NCBI GenBank assembly: GCA_002633005.1
Contig: NMRA01000152.1
Span: 1-64,000 of the forward strand
Reading direction: 5' to 3'
Source of the DNA: Phoronis australis
Taxonomy: Eukaryota > Animalia > Phoronida
Length of the DNA: 64,000 nucleotides
Of this stretch, positions 36,585 through 50,049 are shown in pieces (the stretch's first letter is position 1; each line of letters opens with the position of its first letter). The translations under genes were made by a program, and so were the position numbers. Below the pieces are notes generated by a model, which was not told the DNA's origin, searched no databases, and saw only the letters and a program-made list of their open reading frames with translations.

Positions 36585-39500
36585 GTAAGTTCATGATGTT
36601 CCGCACAAAAAGTAGAATGTGTCATCTAGTGTCGATTTGAGTAAGTCTACTTAATTGTCGTGTCTTGGAACAGAAGAAACTCATTTGCTTGGCAACTAAT
36701 CTCAAGTCGTGTGACTGAATAAACTAAAGTATTTCATTGGGATGTATGTCGAACATAAATGCTGTTTCATTTTCTTTGACAGGAATATGCTATTTTCTTC
36801 CAATATTCGCTGGTCTTTTGATAAGTGGATTCACCGGCAGATACAAAGCTGTTATCGCAGGATTTTTGACCTATCTAGCAGGTATAGTTTTGGGCATATA
36901 GTCGTCAAGGATAGAACGAGAATCTTGGGACAAAAGATAATCTCTTTTTTCTTGTCTCCAGGGTAGTGACAGAGGCGTAATCGTGAAAACACGCCGATTT
37001 CTAGAAAAATTAAAGCTGCATTTGTCTTGTTTGGTGAGGTAAACAACGAAAATTGAATTTGGTATTTTACTTTCAAAATGTTCCTTATTACGACAGGACT
37101 TCTTTTCGGAATGAGCGTACAGAATCCCAACCGGCTAAAAACGCATCGGAAACTCGGTCATTTTATCATGATTGGGATTGCCGGCAATCCTGAAATTCGA
37201 AAACGCATTGGCTATTGCATTCAAAAATAGACAAGTCACGTGACAAAACAATGAGAATTTCCGTGAATACATACCTGTAAGACTGCTGACCCCTGTTACT
37301 GAGTCGTGGCATTTTGTTTACGTGATAAGATTATGTTGGGTTGAATGACCGAAAACTGACAACTCGTGCGCAACGTTTAGAACTTAACTCAAGTAGTTAC
37401 CAACTCAATGCATAGTTAATAACTCGAAACTAACGTTTAAATGACACCTAAACATACAGGGCGAACTGTAGTTTTAAATTTCTATTTAAAAGATCATATT
37501 AGCAAGTCCGGAACACCTCGGAGGTGACCGTTATCAACGCAAACAGGAAATTTAGGCTTAGAGTCAGTCATTATCCAGCGTCATAGCCACGTACGTGACT
37601 TGCAGTCTGAATCAAGTCCACTCACCATGCACAGATAAAGTTCATCTCCGAGGGGAAGTTCGGAAGCTACGCCAGAAAATATGACCCAATGTATTCCAGA
37701 TGTCACAGAAGTCTTGTCACAACCGGATCATCTCGCGTATTTTCGTGGTCTTGCAAATTGAGTCCGGCGAATATCCGAACACTGTGTCAGTGTAACATTT
37801 GAACGCATGGCCATGTGAAATTATTGCTTTGTGTATTTAGTTGATTCCTAGCTGAGGTAAAACGACAGGAGTTGAATTATATGTATAGAGCAACATGACT
37901 CATTTGATTTGGTCAGTTCCATAATGAACCGCGTTCATTGCAGAGGCCACCCTACCAATAGGGCTCACGCACCAGCCCCTGAACATGACTCACGGTCCTC
38001 GGTGTAAACCGTAAACCCAGCTCGTTGACTCACCAACATAGCCCGCACACGTAGGGCATACGCAGCAAAACACTCACTGAATCACATGGTTGAGAAACAC
38101 GTGCACTACTCAGAGAGGATTCTTGGCTCGCGCAAATGTGCCGGAGCCGTGCTTCAGGTCCAGGAGCCGTGCATTTTGAATGTAACCAGTCGTGTTTTGC
38201 AAGTGAGGGACCGTGCTTGTGGGCAGTTTACAGGTTCGTGTGCCGTGCTCAAGAGCGCAGAGCCTATCGCTCATAGGAGCTGCGTGAGCCGTGTTGTTCT
38301 GATAGTCGCCTGAATCACGTGAAGCAACTCCTACGCTAACACTTGAAGTTTCGTTACCTCAAACGCCCGTCCTAATCGATTCACAAATTAATACGCGTGG
38401 CTTAGCCTCTCTGCTGACGAAAACTCATACTCGCTAATTTCTCTTATAATTTATCTATTTTGAAAGTTCGAAAGCCGTTGATGTTTATTTTTCAATTTTA
38501 AAAACAACCACGTGACTTGTTTGCCTTACGCATTGTTCGTTTTTTGACTTTGACTCGCACACTGAACAGGCACGTTAACTGGTTTACGACCGCAATTATC
38601 TCATCCAATCAGCCAACCTCATGAAGACTAGCTCACATCAATCTGTGACGGCGCCATCAAGCCTTTGATGTGCCGATTAATTCGCTGGATACTCTGGAGT
38701 GAACAGTGCACGCTTTCTCGTCCACTTGCGTGGAAATCCTGCTTAATGAATCTGATGTTATTGTTAATCCCATTAGACAAAATAAGTAAGAATTGTAAAA
38801 CATTTCTTCCATTTTCGAACTGATGAACTTGTACACTGTTACAGGCACTATCTCACTATGCGCCGTCTACCCTCCTACAACAAGCCAACTCGTCCGTCCC
38901 CATCTTCCACTCAACCGCACATGGAGAATGGTAATTTCCTCATTAATGACCACCACATTAATTATCAAAACATTTAAAAACAGAATGAAACCAGGGGCGG
39001 ATCCAGGATTTTGAGTTGGGGGGGGCGCCCAGCCTAAAATGTAGGGATGCAGGGGTCTCGAAGTTTTGGGTTTGTGGACCTTATTACTAAAAAAAAACGG
39101 TAAACGGGGTTTGTTCAAAGCCTATGCATTGTGCATTCGCCCCCCAAGCCCCCCTGGGTGCGCGTATATGCTAGTCAGCAATTCGCACCCGAACTGCCAA
39201 ATGGTATCTGGGAGAATTTTAGGGGAGGGGCATGGTCCCCTTGGCCCCCCTAAATCCACCACTGGAAACAATTAGCCTAAAAAACAACAAATCATGTTGT
39301 AGCTGTTTGACGTTCCATCGTTTCTGCAGCAAGTTTCCAATCCTCTGAAGCTGATGTTCGCTAGAACTGTCAATAGACCTTATTCACGCGGCAGACATTA
39401 AAATCCAAAGTGAGGCTCACTGCGATAAACAAAGCTGAAGTTGACATTGCGTGAGTTAAATGGCCGGTCTTTAGAGTCCTACCTGGATATTAAATCTTAA

Positions 39501-42500
39501 AAATTTGTCGATAATTAACCTCAGAGACGTAGAAAAATACATTAGAGAACAAGTCAATGCATCAAAAAGTTGTCTGACGAAAGGGTATAAGTTTTTTTCG
39601 GAAACTAGGTTCGAAACATGAAAAGCAGATATGACCAAACTACGGCGATCGTAGTGTTACGGATTAGGTATTATGCTGAATGCAGGTTACGTTTCTTCTT
39701 GTAAATTGTTGATAAAAATGCTTTTTACAAGTCATATGCTTGTATTGTTGACGAGTTGAAGATGTATTCGACAGTGGTGGCTTATAGCATTTTGCTGTCA
39801 TGTGAAATTAGTCACATCAGGTTTAATTTGTTGATCAACAATGTTAACATCAAGCATAGCCTAGGTCCTGGTGAGGTAGAGACTACCGGGATTAACAGTT
39901 GATTTGTCATTCATCTGAAAGAATATCTGATGTTATTAAATATATTTTTATCAAAATAAAAAACCAGGCTCGTAAATAAAGATTTGACCATTTTTAAAAT
40001 TGAAAAAAATTAAAAACTAGCACAGCCGAGCAATCGCTTTCGCATTATATGCAGGTTCTCATTCACTCCCTTGCACACATTTACAAGTCTGAATTAATTA
40101 TTTGACCATCAATTATGCTATCCTGGCTTTAATAATTCTGACGTCTATTTCATATGTTAGGTTTCAACTATCAATCTGGACCAGTGAATTTTAAAATCAA
40201 AACACCTAATTCGTTCGTCCAAAGGATAACCTCGTTTTAGAGCTCAATTTCAGTTAGTAAGAAAAGTTATCATGTTTCTTCAGGGGCCATGTTCATCCAA
40301 GGGGAAAGGTGCCTGTACCTTTTTTCGCCGAGTGCGGGGCAAAATCTACCTCTCGATCAGCATCCCCGTCCTGTTGCAAGGTCTCACAGGCTCTGTCTCA
40401 AGTAATATTTTGTGCTTTTTCAAATTGTCACCTGTGTGGTTACAGGGGATTTGAACTTCGGAGAGAAGTTTTCATTCACTAGGGGAGTTTTTAGGCCTCG
40501 TAGAGGGAATTTCGGGGGATTTTTCAATATTTTTGAGAGGGCAATAGGGCCAATATCCGGTCCCAAAATCGAGGAATTGAGGGCCCTGTCCTTTTTTGGG
40601 AAGAAAAATGCATCATGTTTCAACCCCTAGTCATGAACACAGCATGGCTGGCCGAAGATTCTCCGGTCGTTGCTATGATGCTCGGCAACCGAGGTGCGAT
40701 AAAATATAATCTAACTTTTCGAGAACATTTATAAATTTTACACGGCCATATTTTCCTTCGTCGAGGCGTATGACAAGGACCGAACGTACGCTTCCGAATC
40801 TCAACGTCTTTAGGATCGTAAATAGACAGTTGAGTGCCCGTAGTTTTTCTAGCCGTTTCGAGCAACGCGGACTACAACCAGTATATGCCAATAAGCCAAC
40901 GGAGCTATCGTAGCGAGCCTCGTTTTGGAACGCGCCTCCTGTCGGCGTGAATTGGGTCTATAAACCTCCATCAGAATGCTTGTATAATGTAGTGGTAAAA
41001 TGAACTCCATTTTCATATACGGTTCAAGTTTTTATTACCTATGTGATTTTGTAATTCCAATTTCGCTAGGTATCCATATTGGTGAAAGATGATTCTACAT
41101 TATCCGAAATGCAGGTCCTGTAATGGTGATAAGATATCTATCTTTTGGTAAATGTGGGCCCCAATTTGTACTGGATGTTGCAACGCTACACGCGAAACGT
41201 AACGAGTTCTGTGACGCGGTCATTGTTGCACATGAGAAAGACAGGTACAAAAAACGACTCGCATGTAGATCTCCGATCCCAAAGAAAACCACCCGATACT
41301 TACTTAGTGTCTATCTCGTATTCCAGGAATTTCTTCCCATCCCTCTGGTCGTCACGTCATTTGGAGGAGCTTTGTGCAAAACTGCCCTTTACCCGTTCTT
41401 TGTGTACCACGCCACGTACATAAGAATTGACTTTCAACAATTCATAGAGCTGTTTTTTGCTTGGTGAGTCTACCTTTCAGACTTTTCATTTGTTGTCATA
41501 CATAAGTTTACAAACAGACACTGATGGAGAATCTCGCGAGAGAGCACCTATAGTTCACGACAGCCGGTACGAGGAAATTAACTGAACATTTTGACAGTGC
41601 ATTTTGTTATTTTCAGGTTATGCATACTTTTTCCGTTTGGCGACCTAACGACCTTCATTACCTGTGAGCTTGTGTCGAAAAACTTTAGGGTGCAACCATC
41701 GCCAGAGGTCGCCACAGGATGTGTCCTTCTGGCGCTCATTCTGTTCATTGCTGGGACAAAACTTTATCGCACCCAAGAAACCAAGCGTAAGTGTTATCCA
41801 GATATACAAAATTAACTACCCATAAAGCAAGTGTGCCACTCTATATGTTTTCGCACCTAATTTCCAGTAAATTCAGAGCATGAACGTAATTCATACCTGT
41901 ATTTATTCAACAGGGAATTCTTGACAATTTGAAATATCTTAGGAAAGTGAGTGAACACGGTTTTATCAAAATTTGCTAGTCTGTAAACGAAAGTCACAAA
42001 ACAACTGATTAAAGCAGTGCGGGCTTCCGAGTTAAGAAACACGGCTCAAATGTAAAGTGTTAAAGGAGAATGCCACCCGATTTAATTAGTCTTTTTACCG
42101 TCTTGATCGGTCTATATTCACATCGCCTCTTATACAGTAGACCTCACCTTGCCGAGAGGTGTCGCGTTAACCTGTGAGGAAGGTGAGAAACGACGCAGCG
42201 ACGTCAGTGGTTCGTCTGCAATGTGAATGCCGCTATATTGCGGTGCATCGTTCCCGCCTGTTCGAACTATGAAGCTGCGAAGAAAGGGGGTATATCGTTT
42301 TTTCGACTTGCTCGAGAGCCCGAAATGCTTAGGAAGTGGCTCGCGGTATCGAAGAATGAAAGGTACGTTGTTAATAGCAAGTATGAGGCCTTAAAACATC
42401 TCCGTGGCTGTGGCCGGCATTTCGTCGACATTGATTTCTCTGACGAATTCCGGCTTACCAAAGAACTATCCATACGTTCAGTTGCCTGTGCATGTTCACG

Positions 42501-45500
42501 GCGCCTCTCTAGTATTTCTTGATCAGTGTATTCCGGTTCGAACTGATAGCCTGTGAAACCTAACGATCCGACCCATGAAATCTTAGTCGGATGAGCTCTT
42601 GACTAAGTCGGGATTCAGTTGGTGCCGGGCTAGTTGCCATGTAGACGTTTATTTTTCTGAGTTATATGAAACTGAAACAACGTCTGTCTCATTAGATATA
42701 ATTTGTAATGCCTTGGAGTGCTCGTGAATGCAAATGTTTTGAGAAGCCAGCAATAAATAAACCACTGCGTTACCGGCTTTTGATGCCGGCTACAAAGGTA
42801 TTTGACCGGCACCGAGGCCGTGTGAGCGCATGCTAATTCAGTGTTTGCTGACGGAAAGCTGTTGTGAAACAATTACTCGATTTATATGCCATGGTCACAT
42901 GTTAGGGCAATCTTTATTTAGAAATATTAATCCATTTTTCAAATCATTGTTACTGTACAACCTTTGCCCTGACGTTCTGTGGATGGGGAACCTGAATTCG
43001 CGGCCCCCGTCAAGTAAGTAGATTTTCAGTTTCGTGACTATTTCACATACTATTACGAGCACATTATTTCTTTGGCTCACTATAGCCTTTTCGTGACTGG
43101 AGGTTTGGTTTCCAATTCAAGCTGGTTGATAATCGTGCCAGTCCCGGCGGCCGCAACGGGCCTGATCGGGTTCCGAGCCACTGGCTGGGATAACGAGTCA
43201 GTCCGGCCGCGACGGGCCTGATCGGGTTCCGAGCCACTGGCCAGGATAACAAGCGTTTCGTGTATTTAGAGCTAAAAAAATCACAAGCATAAACAACACA
43301 GATCTAGGTTCTCCTGTCTTTATTTCACGGAAGAATATTTCGAATTTATCTCCGAACAGACCCTAAACTCTTGCTACGGACCTTGGTAAATTGGTCTGCC
43401 GAACTTTGTAGGCGTACGGTGTGTCCAAATACCAGTAAATCCGTAACAGCGAAATAAAATAAAACAACACGTTTTTATAAGAACTCGGTGTATTTTTAAG
43501 GGTTATACACCGAAGTTTGATGATTTATTGGTGTTTAACGATGAATTCAAGCGATAAGCTGACACCAGTAACCCGTGTTGTGAACTGCTGAACAGTCTGC
43601 TTGTGAAACCAATTACGTCATTGGATAATTTCTACACCTCCGTCTGCCGTCAGATGTCAGGTAACGCAACCGAACGTGCCGTTGTCGAGTAGAACTACTC
43701 GATCTAACTTGTTTTTTGGGTGGCATTCTCCTTTAATGAGCCTTTCTGTGGAGTGCTAAAATTTTGTGATTTCCAGTTTAGATCGTGATTAGGAATAAAA
43801 TGCACCAAAAACATTCAAAACTAAAATCATCTTTCTGGAACAGTGAGACACTCCTTAAACCATCCTCCATTTTGCGACTATGATTTTGTGACTAGTGTTT
43901 TTTGGATTAAAACCCTACCCTGTAGCGGTACAGGGCAAAAACTGCTACGTTATATTTTAAAAGATCAGGAATTTCGTCATACTGCACTAAGACTATAAAG
44001 TACGTCCATTTTCTCAATTTTTTGAAATTATGAGAGATAATTACTTTTTCGAGTGAAAAGTGAGTCGGTTTCGCCAGTGTGACCAAGGCTTACAAGCCCG
44101 TCTTAGCACTGAGAATGGCGGAATGGCTCCACTTTCGTCAGTGAGGCTGGAATGTAGAATTTTGAAATTCTGTTTTTGATTTGCAAAATTGCATTCCAGG
44201 CAGTTTTTACCTATAGCTGCGAGTCTATAAATAGAGTCGTTAACCGACAGATTACCTGTTCGCATTAGTGTGGCTAATTCCCAAATGGCGAAGTACATGA
44301 AGAAAATAACGTTCTTGCACAAGAGACGCTGTGAAGCGACTGTTCTTAAGGCGAGGACGTATCCTTCCGCCACGAGCGTACTAAGAAGCAGGAAGGGGTG
44401 GGGCGTATAAAAGGATGAGACTGGTGTCAGCTGGGCAGGAGTGAAATAGGTGGCAACTGGGGAAGGTTAAAATTGTCTTGTGTCCTGTATTGTACCCTAG
44501 TGTGCACTGCTACTTAGCATAATTTTGAACCTAGCGTATACATTTTGACACTGAGCAAACCTAGTACTGTCGAGAAGCATGTCCCCATAACCATCCTTTC
44601 CAACTATAAATTATGGACATTCCGTGTTCCCGGAAATATCCGGACCCTTTAATTCCAACGCAATAGAGCATTTTATAAATAAGATTTATTTGTTCATCTT
44701 ACGTCCGGAACTTGAATATCTTCCAGGATTTGTTATTGTCGGTATTGTTCGCCTCATCAAGTTTAGAGTGTCAAAGATATTTAACAAAGAGTCGACCAGT
44801 GAAAGTAATTCCTCGAGCTGCCAGACACCATTATTGACGTCAGTGCGTCGCAGGGTCGATGCGGAGTTTGTCGAGGAAGACAGCGTGATCGCAATTAGGC
44901 AGATCTGCCGTGTGCTACCTGTTTACGGGGTGCTATTTCTGTTTTATTTTATTTTACCTCTGGTGAGTTATAATTTTAACCTGCATCGTTGAACAACTGT
45001 TCTAGTCTTTCAGAAGAACATTCACCAGTCGATCGCGCAATTGAAAACTAACAATGACCTGTCCGTTACAATCAACAACACTTGACTTAATCTATTTTTA
45101 AATCTATAATCGACAAAATTTGCAATCATCTGTGTCACAATCACAGGACACTCATTCACATCTAAGGAGTGCAAAGGAGAACTGGCCAAGGAGCAAAACA
45201 CTTTAGCGTTTGCTCTGTGCTGTTTTCGTGTCACTTCAGGGTGAATTTGCAGAATTGTTAGGCCTAGAGTAATGCTTCAATTATTTAGAGAAGCACTGCT
45301 GTATTTTCAAACACCGAGTCTCTGAAATACTTGCGCTTCACTTTCAGTGGGAAAATATCATGGATAAAGATTCGATGAACTCTACAGCGGAGGACATTGG
45401 CGAAGATATAGAAGATGGTATTCAAAAATCCATGTTCTGGGCTCACGTGACTGCAGAGACAGCCCAGATTGTGGTCGTATTTGCACTTTACCTGCTGGTG

Positions 45501-48500
45501 TTACCTTTGTGTAGACGTCTCTGCAAAGAACCTTCGTTCTATCAGAAATTAGGTAAACACATGGGCCGTGTCATTCGCTTCAAGTATGACTGAAAACCAC
45601 CTGAAATCAAATAGAAGAGCTGCTGTGCGTGAATTAACTTGGAATCCTGCCTCAAGATCGCGTGTGCATCCATTTGGAATTGAATATTCATTTGGACAAT
45701 CTGGTGAAATTTTTTATTCATTGTATTAGAATTTTGGTAGTTATTGGTCTCATAATCACCCGTTTACCGTAACTTGTTTCAAAGAATCGGAGGAATATGT
45801 GAATGTTTAAATCAATTACTGTTTGGTGAACACGATCGCCAACAGTTGAAAAAGATTGGATAAAATTTGTACCATTTTATCAACACGTAACTTGATTTAG
45901 TGCAGTGCATTTTTAATCAACGTGAACGCGATTATTTGCGTGAACTTGTCGAGTTTCCTCGTGCATTCCAAGTTCACGCATGCGTGATTAAGCAAGATTC
46001 CAAGCTCACGCACAACAGTGCGACCTGCACCTTTGTCAACGTGCTCGTTGGCGTTTCTTCAATCAGCTTTTCCAGTATCATGATCGTAAACCTTCATCAG
46101 CAGGGGCGGATCCAGGATTTTGAGTTCGGGGGCAGGGCAGAGTATTAGCCAGGACTTTGCCTGTCAGATATACGCACCCCCGAACTGCCAATTGGAATCT
46201 GGAAGAATTTTAGGGGGGAGGCATGACCCCCTTGCCTCCTCCATAAATCCGCCACTGATCAGCATCTCAATTTCTTCTTTCCCCAGCAGGTTTTTCCAAC
46301 GTCGTCCTACTTCTAAGCTTGGCAGCGGGTTTAGCGGTTCAGATAATTCAGCGTAGAAATCCAGAGTGGCTCGATACCGTTCAAGGTATATGGTACGAGT
46401 TTACCCAATCCTTCATCAACGGAGTTGGGCGCATTATTATCGATGTGAGCAGTGAGTATATTCCTGAACTTCAGGCACTTTCGTGGCGCAGTCAGTGTTG
46501 TCGCATGGTTATTTGAATTATCAGTTTAGTGGGCACAGAACAGTTCTCACTGGGTTTTGCTTAGCAAAATACACATCACTGGATTTGTCACCTTTTCTCT
46601 ACTCTGTAGATAACCGTAATGCAAAGAATGATATGGTGTCACTGAGTCATTTCACGTCAAAAACCCTACAGATGAGCATAGAAACTTTGTGTCTTGGTAT
46701 TTTTGTTCCTTTCATTCCCACTGAAAAGCAAAGTAGGCCGAGAAAAAGGGGCAAAAAGTAAACAAAATCGGCAATTTTCACTCAAAAACCAATACTTCCC
46801 TGCCGATGTACAACATAAACCGACATTAGTTTCTGAAAGCAAATTTCCTACTAATTCCAAAAATGTGGTCCAAAAGTACTATCAACCAACTAGTTCTTTA
46901 GCAATTCTGGCTTGTTTAAGGGCCACCTGAAACGGCAGCCAATTTTTCAGTCGCTGTCCAGAAATGCACAACAACAAGGGGCCGCCATCGTGAAAAAGAG
47001 TGCTGCTGCAGCCGAGCAAGTGGCGCTTTCTCATTCTCAACATGTTCATAATTACAAAAAAAAAATCCACAATGCCTATCTAAAAACTGCCCCCAAGCCT
47101 GGCTTAGCCCTAGATTTAAATATTTTGGCACTGCAAGTTGGCCGCGGTCGCAGCCCAACTGTTCATTGTCACCTGACAGCCGCGACTAGCGCACACAGGA
47201 AAGACAATTAGATTACCTACGAGGCGCTCGTGCCTATGAAAGACAGAATGCATTACCTACGAGGCGCTCGTGCCCATGAATGACCTCTCTTTAGAGTATA
47301 TACACTTATAGGTTTCGATGTCTTTTATAAATTTGTCTTCGGTGACGACCACCTCGACGAAGAGAGTCCTTTGTCACCCAAAGAGAGAAACACTCTGTAT
47401 AGGAAAAAATTACTGGTGTGAACGAAGACCATTGATTGTATACTCGGGAACCCAATGGTCGTCCGCCTAAGCATAAAACCGACTTGCTGTTGTACTCACC
47501 GAATTATTCCACTTCAAAGTTATGATCTGAATAGGATTCGATTTAACTCTCACAGATATACCGCATTCATCGATTCGGAAGTTTTCTTTAATTTGTGCCG
47601 AGTTATTTCAAATGTGCACTGCAATCGGCAGCCATTTTATTGTGACACCTAAGGTCGTCATACATGTATGCTGCCCCCTTTTGTAAAAACTGAGAAACAT
47701 GCAGAAAAAGGCCAACGAAGTAATGAAAATTGCAACAGCCTGTTTTTATTGACATAAACTCGATTTGAAGCTTTGATGTTGAGCTCTGCACTGTGGTTTC
47801 CAATAAAAGCCAATTGGACAACATTTCAATGCAGTTTAATGGTGAATGCGTGAGGCAAAAATGTTAAGAACCCAGCGTATCGCATTTGTCTGCGGATTTT
47901 TCCTTTGGCCTTCTAGATCCTACTAGTGCCTGGGACAAACAGATACATTGCATAAACAAACCCTGGATCATGTTTTGTGTCCCGTCGGAAGAAAATTTAA
48001 ATTCGAAAACATCTTCTGAAAACGCACAAAAAAGTGTATTAGTAAAATCTACTGATTTTTAAGTGGTTTTAAAAAACAATCGGTAAACTCACCGATTTTT
48101 GTCTCATTACTTTGATACGTGTCTCTTCCGATAAGTTAGTACCTAACGTGCAGACGAGCACTCCAAATTGGAACGCTAAGTCCCGCGTGGTTGCGCTGCA
48201 CGCGAAACAAGATGGCGGACGACCTTTGGAGCCTGACGACAATAGGTTACCGGACTATAGTGGTTTTGAAGAATCGCAGTGCTCGCATAGCAATGGCTGA
48301 TTTAGGTTTTGCAAGGGGGCCGAAACATGTGCCATAGTGTGCTCACCGTACCGAATTTCATGTTAAGTTCTATTTCGAAGAAAATGGTGCAACTAGCATG
48401 AGTACTTGAGTCTTGCACTAAGTATGCGTTTGGTCCTTCTTTATGTTCAGCGCTCCTACTATTTTTTTGAAGATTCCGCTAACCGTTGCTTGCGAGAAAA

Positions 48501-49427
48501 GCAAGCATATTTATTCGCGATTATCTTGCCTTCATAGTGCGCCCCTGATTGAGAGTACGCGGAGAAGAAGGGCTGTTTTCAACTAATTGCGATGTTTGTT
48601 TGATGACAATTTTAGGTTATTCGTTTGCCTATCTTGAAGCACCCCAAGGTTTAGAAGACGTCTTCATCGGTATGCTATTCTGTACCCGTGGAGTGGGATT
48701 TCTCATGGCCTCCGGGCTTACTGGTAAGAAATTAGGTCAATTTTAAAGCACTTATGAGGGAAATATTTAATGGTATGCAAACGATAAGAACTATGAAAGT
48801 TGATACGTTTTCAGCTGCAGAGTCGTTGTGCGTGAAACACGTGCACGCCCGTGCAACGACTGTACGTCAATCAAGTCCAATGACTGGATTTCTTTTCAGC
48901 AGATCATGACCATGAACGCCACGCTCTTCGATACAATTCGCCATTTTCCGTACTATGTGATGAAATACACATCGTACGGAAATGGACGAACTTGGTCTCT
49001 AACGAACTTGATTAACGCGTACGATTAATGCTCTGTGTCGTATATACATCTTGCTTGCTATTCGCAACCTGCTCATAGTTTGCGTGTATGATTTCTACGT
49101 TAAGCGACCTGCTAAATACATTTACGTGAATAAGACATGCCGGTGATCAAATAATTCAATAACTTTTCCTTTTCAGATATAAAGCAATTGACACCAAATG
49201 TGGCGTACAGGGTCGCGTTGGCCCTGTGTATAATTTTAAATATCATTTTAATTGTGTTTCTATCGCACAAACACAAGAAACAATCAGGAAATATCAGCTC
49301 GCGACAGTTAAGGACACAACCTCGGAGTGCGAGCGTGCAAGAAGGGTGCGACACTGAAAGAATTTGTAACATCAACAGACACTCAGAAAGGTCTAACTAT
49401 CGCTCAGTGGTGAAGTGGGAGACGTAA
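36233..49427 (+). CDS. SLC15: Divergent SLC15/POT (PTR2) family MFS transporter, 10 exons, ~602 aa, open frame
   Basis: Exons 36233-36584, 36783-36881, 38845-38930, 41327-41463, 41617-41786, 44727-44962, 45348-45552, 46287-46451, 48616-48723, 49177-49427. All GT-AG and phase-consistent, 1809 nt. POT-like motifs in order: FEHLAYF, GICYFLPIFAG..GRYK, GGALCKTALYPF, ALILFIAGTKLY, RVLPV, YQKLAG, IWYEFTQ, FAYLEAP, final TM. AATAAA at 49881. Confidence 0.82.
36783..36881 (+). CDS. SLC15-like exon 2 (GICYFLPIFAGLLISGFTGRYKAVIAGFLTYLAG)
   Basis: tttgacag / GTATAG; PTR2 signature region. Confidence 0.85.
38845..38930 (+). CDS. SLC15-like exon 3 (GTISLCAVYPPTTSQLVRPHLPLNRTWRM)
   Basis: ttacag / GTAATT; phase 1->0 bridges exons 2 and 4; weak homology. 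Confidence 0.62.
38992..39264. mobile_element. hAT-like MITE (CAGKGGCGGAT termini), 5-bp TSD
   Basis: CAGGGGCGGAT / ATCCACCACTG flanked by GAAAC. Confidence 0.85.
39375..40959. mobile_element. Decayed ISL2EU/Harbinger-group-like element with convergent ORF remnants
   Basis: AT-flanked TIR AGACCTTATTCACGC / GCGTGAATTGGGTCT; plus-strand DVEKYI..KGYKFFSE remnant; minus-strand THAP-like MAYTGCSPRCS..DPKDVEIRK..IRLDEG. Confidence 0.68.
41327..41463 (+). CDS. SLC15-like exon 4 (EFLPIPLVVTSFGGALCKTALYPFF...FFAW)
   Basis: ttccag / GTGAGT; TM4 GG..K..PF motif. Confidence 0.8.
41617..41786 (+). CDS. SLC15-like exon 5 (TM5-TM6)
   Basis: tttcag / GTAAGT; LLALILFIAGTKLY. Confidence 0.82.
42064..43732 (+). 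mobile_element. Kolobok-like element with THAP-domain remnant
   Basis: TTAA TSDs; perfect 15-bp TIR AGGAGAATGCCACCC; CIVPAC..ISFFRL..LRKW..CGRHF (C2CH THAP) at 42223-42522; ~57-bp tandem dimer at 43140-43250. Confidence 0.9.
44727..44962 (+). CDS. SLC15-like exon 6 (central loop + TM7)
   Basis: ttccag / GTGAGT; IRQICRVLPVYGVLFLFY. Confidence 0.78.
45348..45552 (+). CDS. SLC15-like exon 7 (TM8)
   Basis: tttcag / GTAAAC; LPLCRRLCKEPSFYQKL. Confidence 0.78.
45620..46018. mobile_element. MITE, second copy of the 2659-3087 family
   Basis: CTGCTGTGCGTGAA ... CTCACGCACAACAG. Confidence 0.78.
46101..46257. mobile_element. hAT-like MITE, 5-bp TSD ATCAG
   Basis: CAGGGGCGGAT / ATCCGCCACTG. Confidence 0.85.
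46287..46451 (+). CDS. SLC15-like exon 8 (TM9-TM10), NAGNAG acceptor
   Basis: ccccagCAG / GTGAGT; IWYEFTQSFINGVGRII. Confidence 0.78.
48616..48723 (+). CDS. SLC15-like exon 9 (SYSFAYLEAPQGLEDVFIGMLFCTRGVGFLMASGLT)
   Basis: tttag / GTAAGA; matches GLEFAYSQAP..M...GLF. Confidence 0.85.
49177..49427 (+). CDS. SLC15-like exon 10 (last TM + tail, TAA)
   Basis: ttttcag acceptor, phase 1; VALALCIILNIILIVFL. Confidence 0.8.
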
Positions 49428-49512
49428 AGCGTCTTAACAAGTGACTTGATATATTTTGTAGAACAATGTCTGATTTACCGCAGGCCCGAATGTCTTAACT
49501 TCTGCGGTCCTG

Positions 49513-49750
49513 GGGCCTGTTCTAAGAAACTGACTTAAGTTCATTTTTGACAGTTTAATATTTGTCTTAACTTCCAAACTTTGAAACTTCCACATTCGGT
49601 AAGTTGGTTAAAATCAACAAAACTTATGTCAAACACTTAAGTCAAACTTAAGATCTCTTTCTTGAATTGGCTTTGAGACAAGTTTAACTTTTGTTTTGAA
49701 ACTTACAAAAATCTAAGATTTGTCTTAGCTAAGTCAGTTGGAACGGGCCC
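49513..49750. mobile_element. Harbinger-like MITE in the SLC15-like 3' UTR
   Basis: GGGCCTGTTC / GAACGGGCCC termini, CTG/CAG flanks, internal cttaag repeats. Confidence 0.72.
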
Positions 49751-50049
49751 CAGAATATGTTTTTCAGTAGCTTAGTTCAACACCAGATGGACCCGTGCAA
49801 AGGCAAACTTGGTGTCGTAAATTGTAATGGCTTTGCGTAACTAAGCGCACTTTCACCGGGTATTTGTTTGCTTGCTGGGCAATAAAACACTGCAAAGTAC
49901 ATGAGTCTTTTTTAATTTTCTGAAAAAATTATTCGGAAAATGCATAATAAACGCCTAATCCATTTCCAAGATACATAAACAACATGACTTCACTTTTAGT
50001 AAGAGCTACGCAAAGCGTTGAAATGTGCCTACGACTGCACCGCAAGCTG

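Noticed and set aside
42223-42522. Stand-alone THAP transcription-factor gene
   Set aside because: It lies inside TTAA-flanked TIRs, lacks an ATG and has no continuation; a transposon remnant.
48900-49028. Extra SLC15 exon after ttttcag at ~48899
   Set aside because: No homology or convincing donor, and exon 9 joins exon 10 in frame without it.
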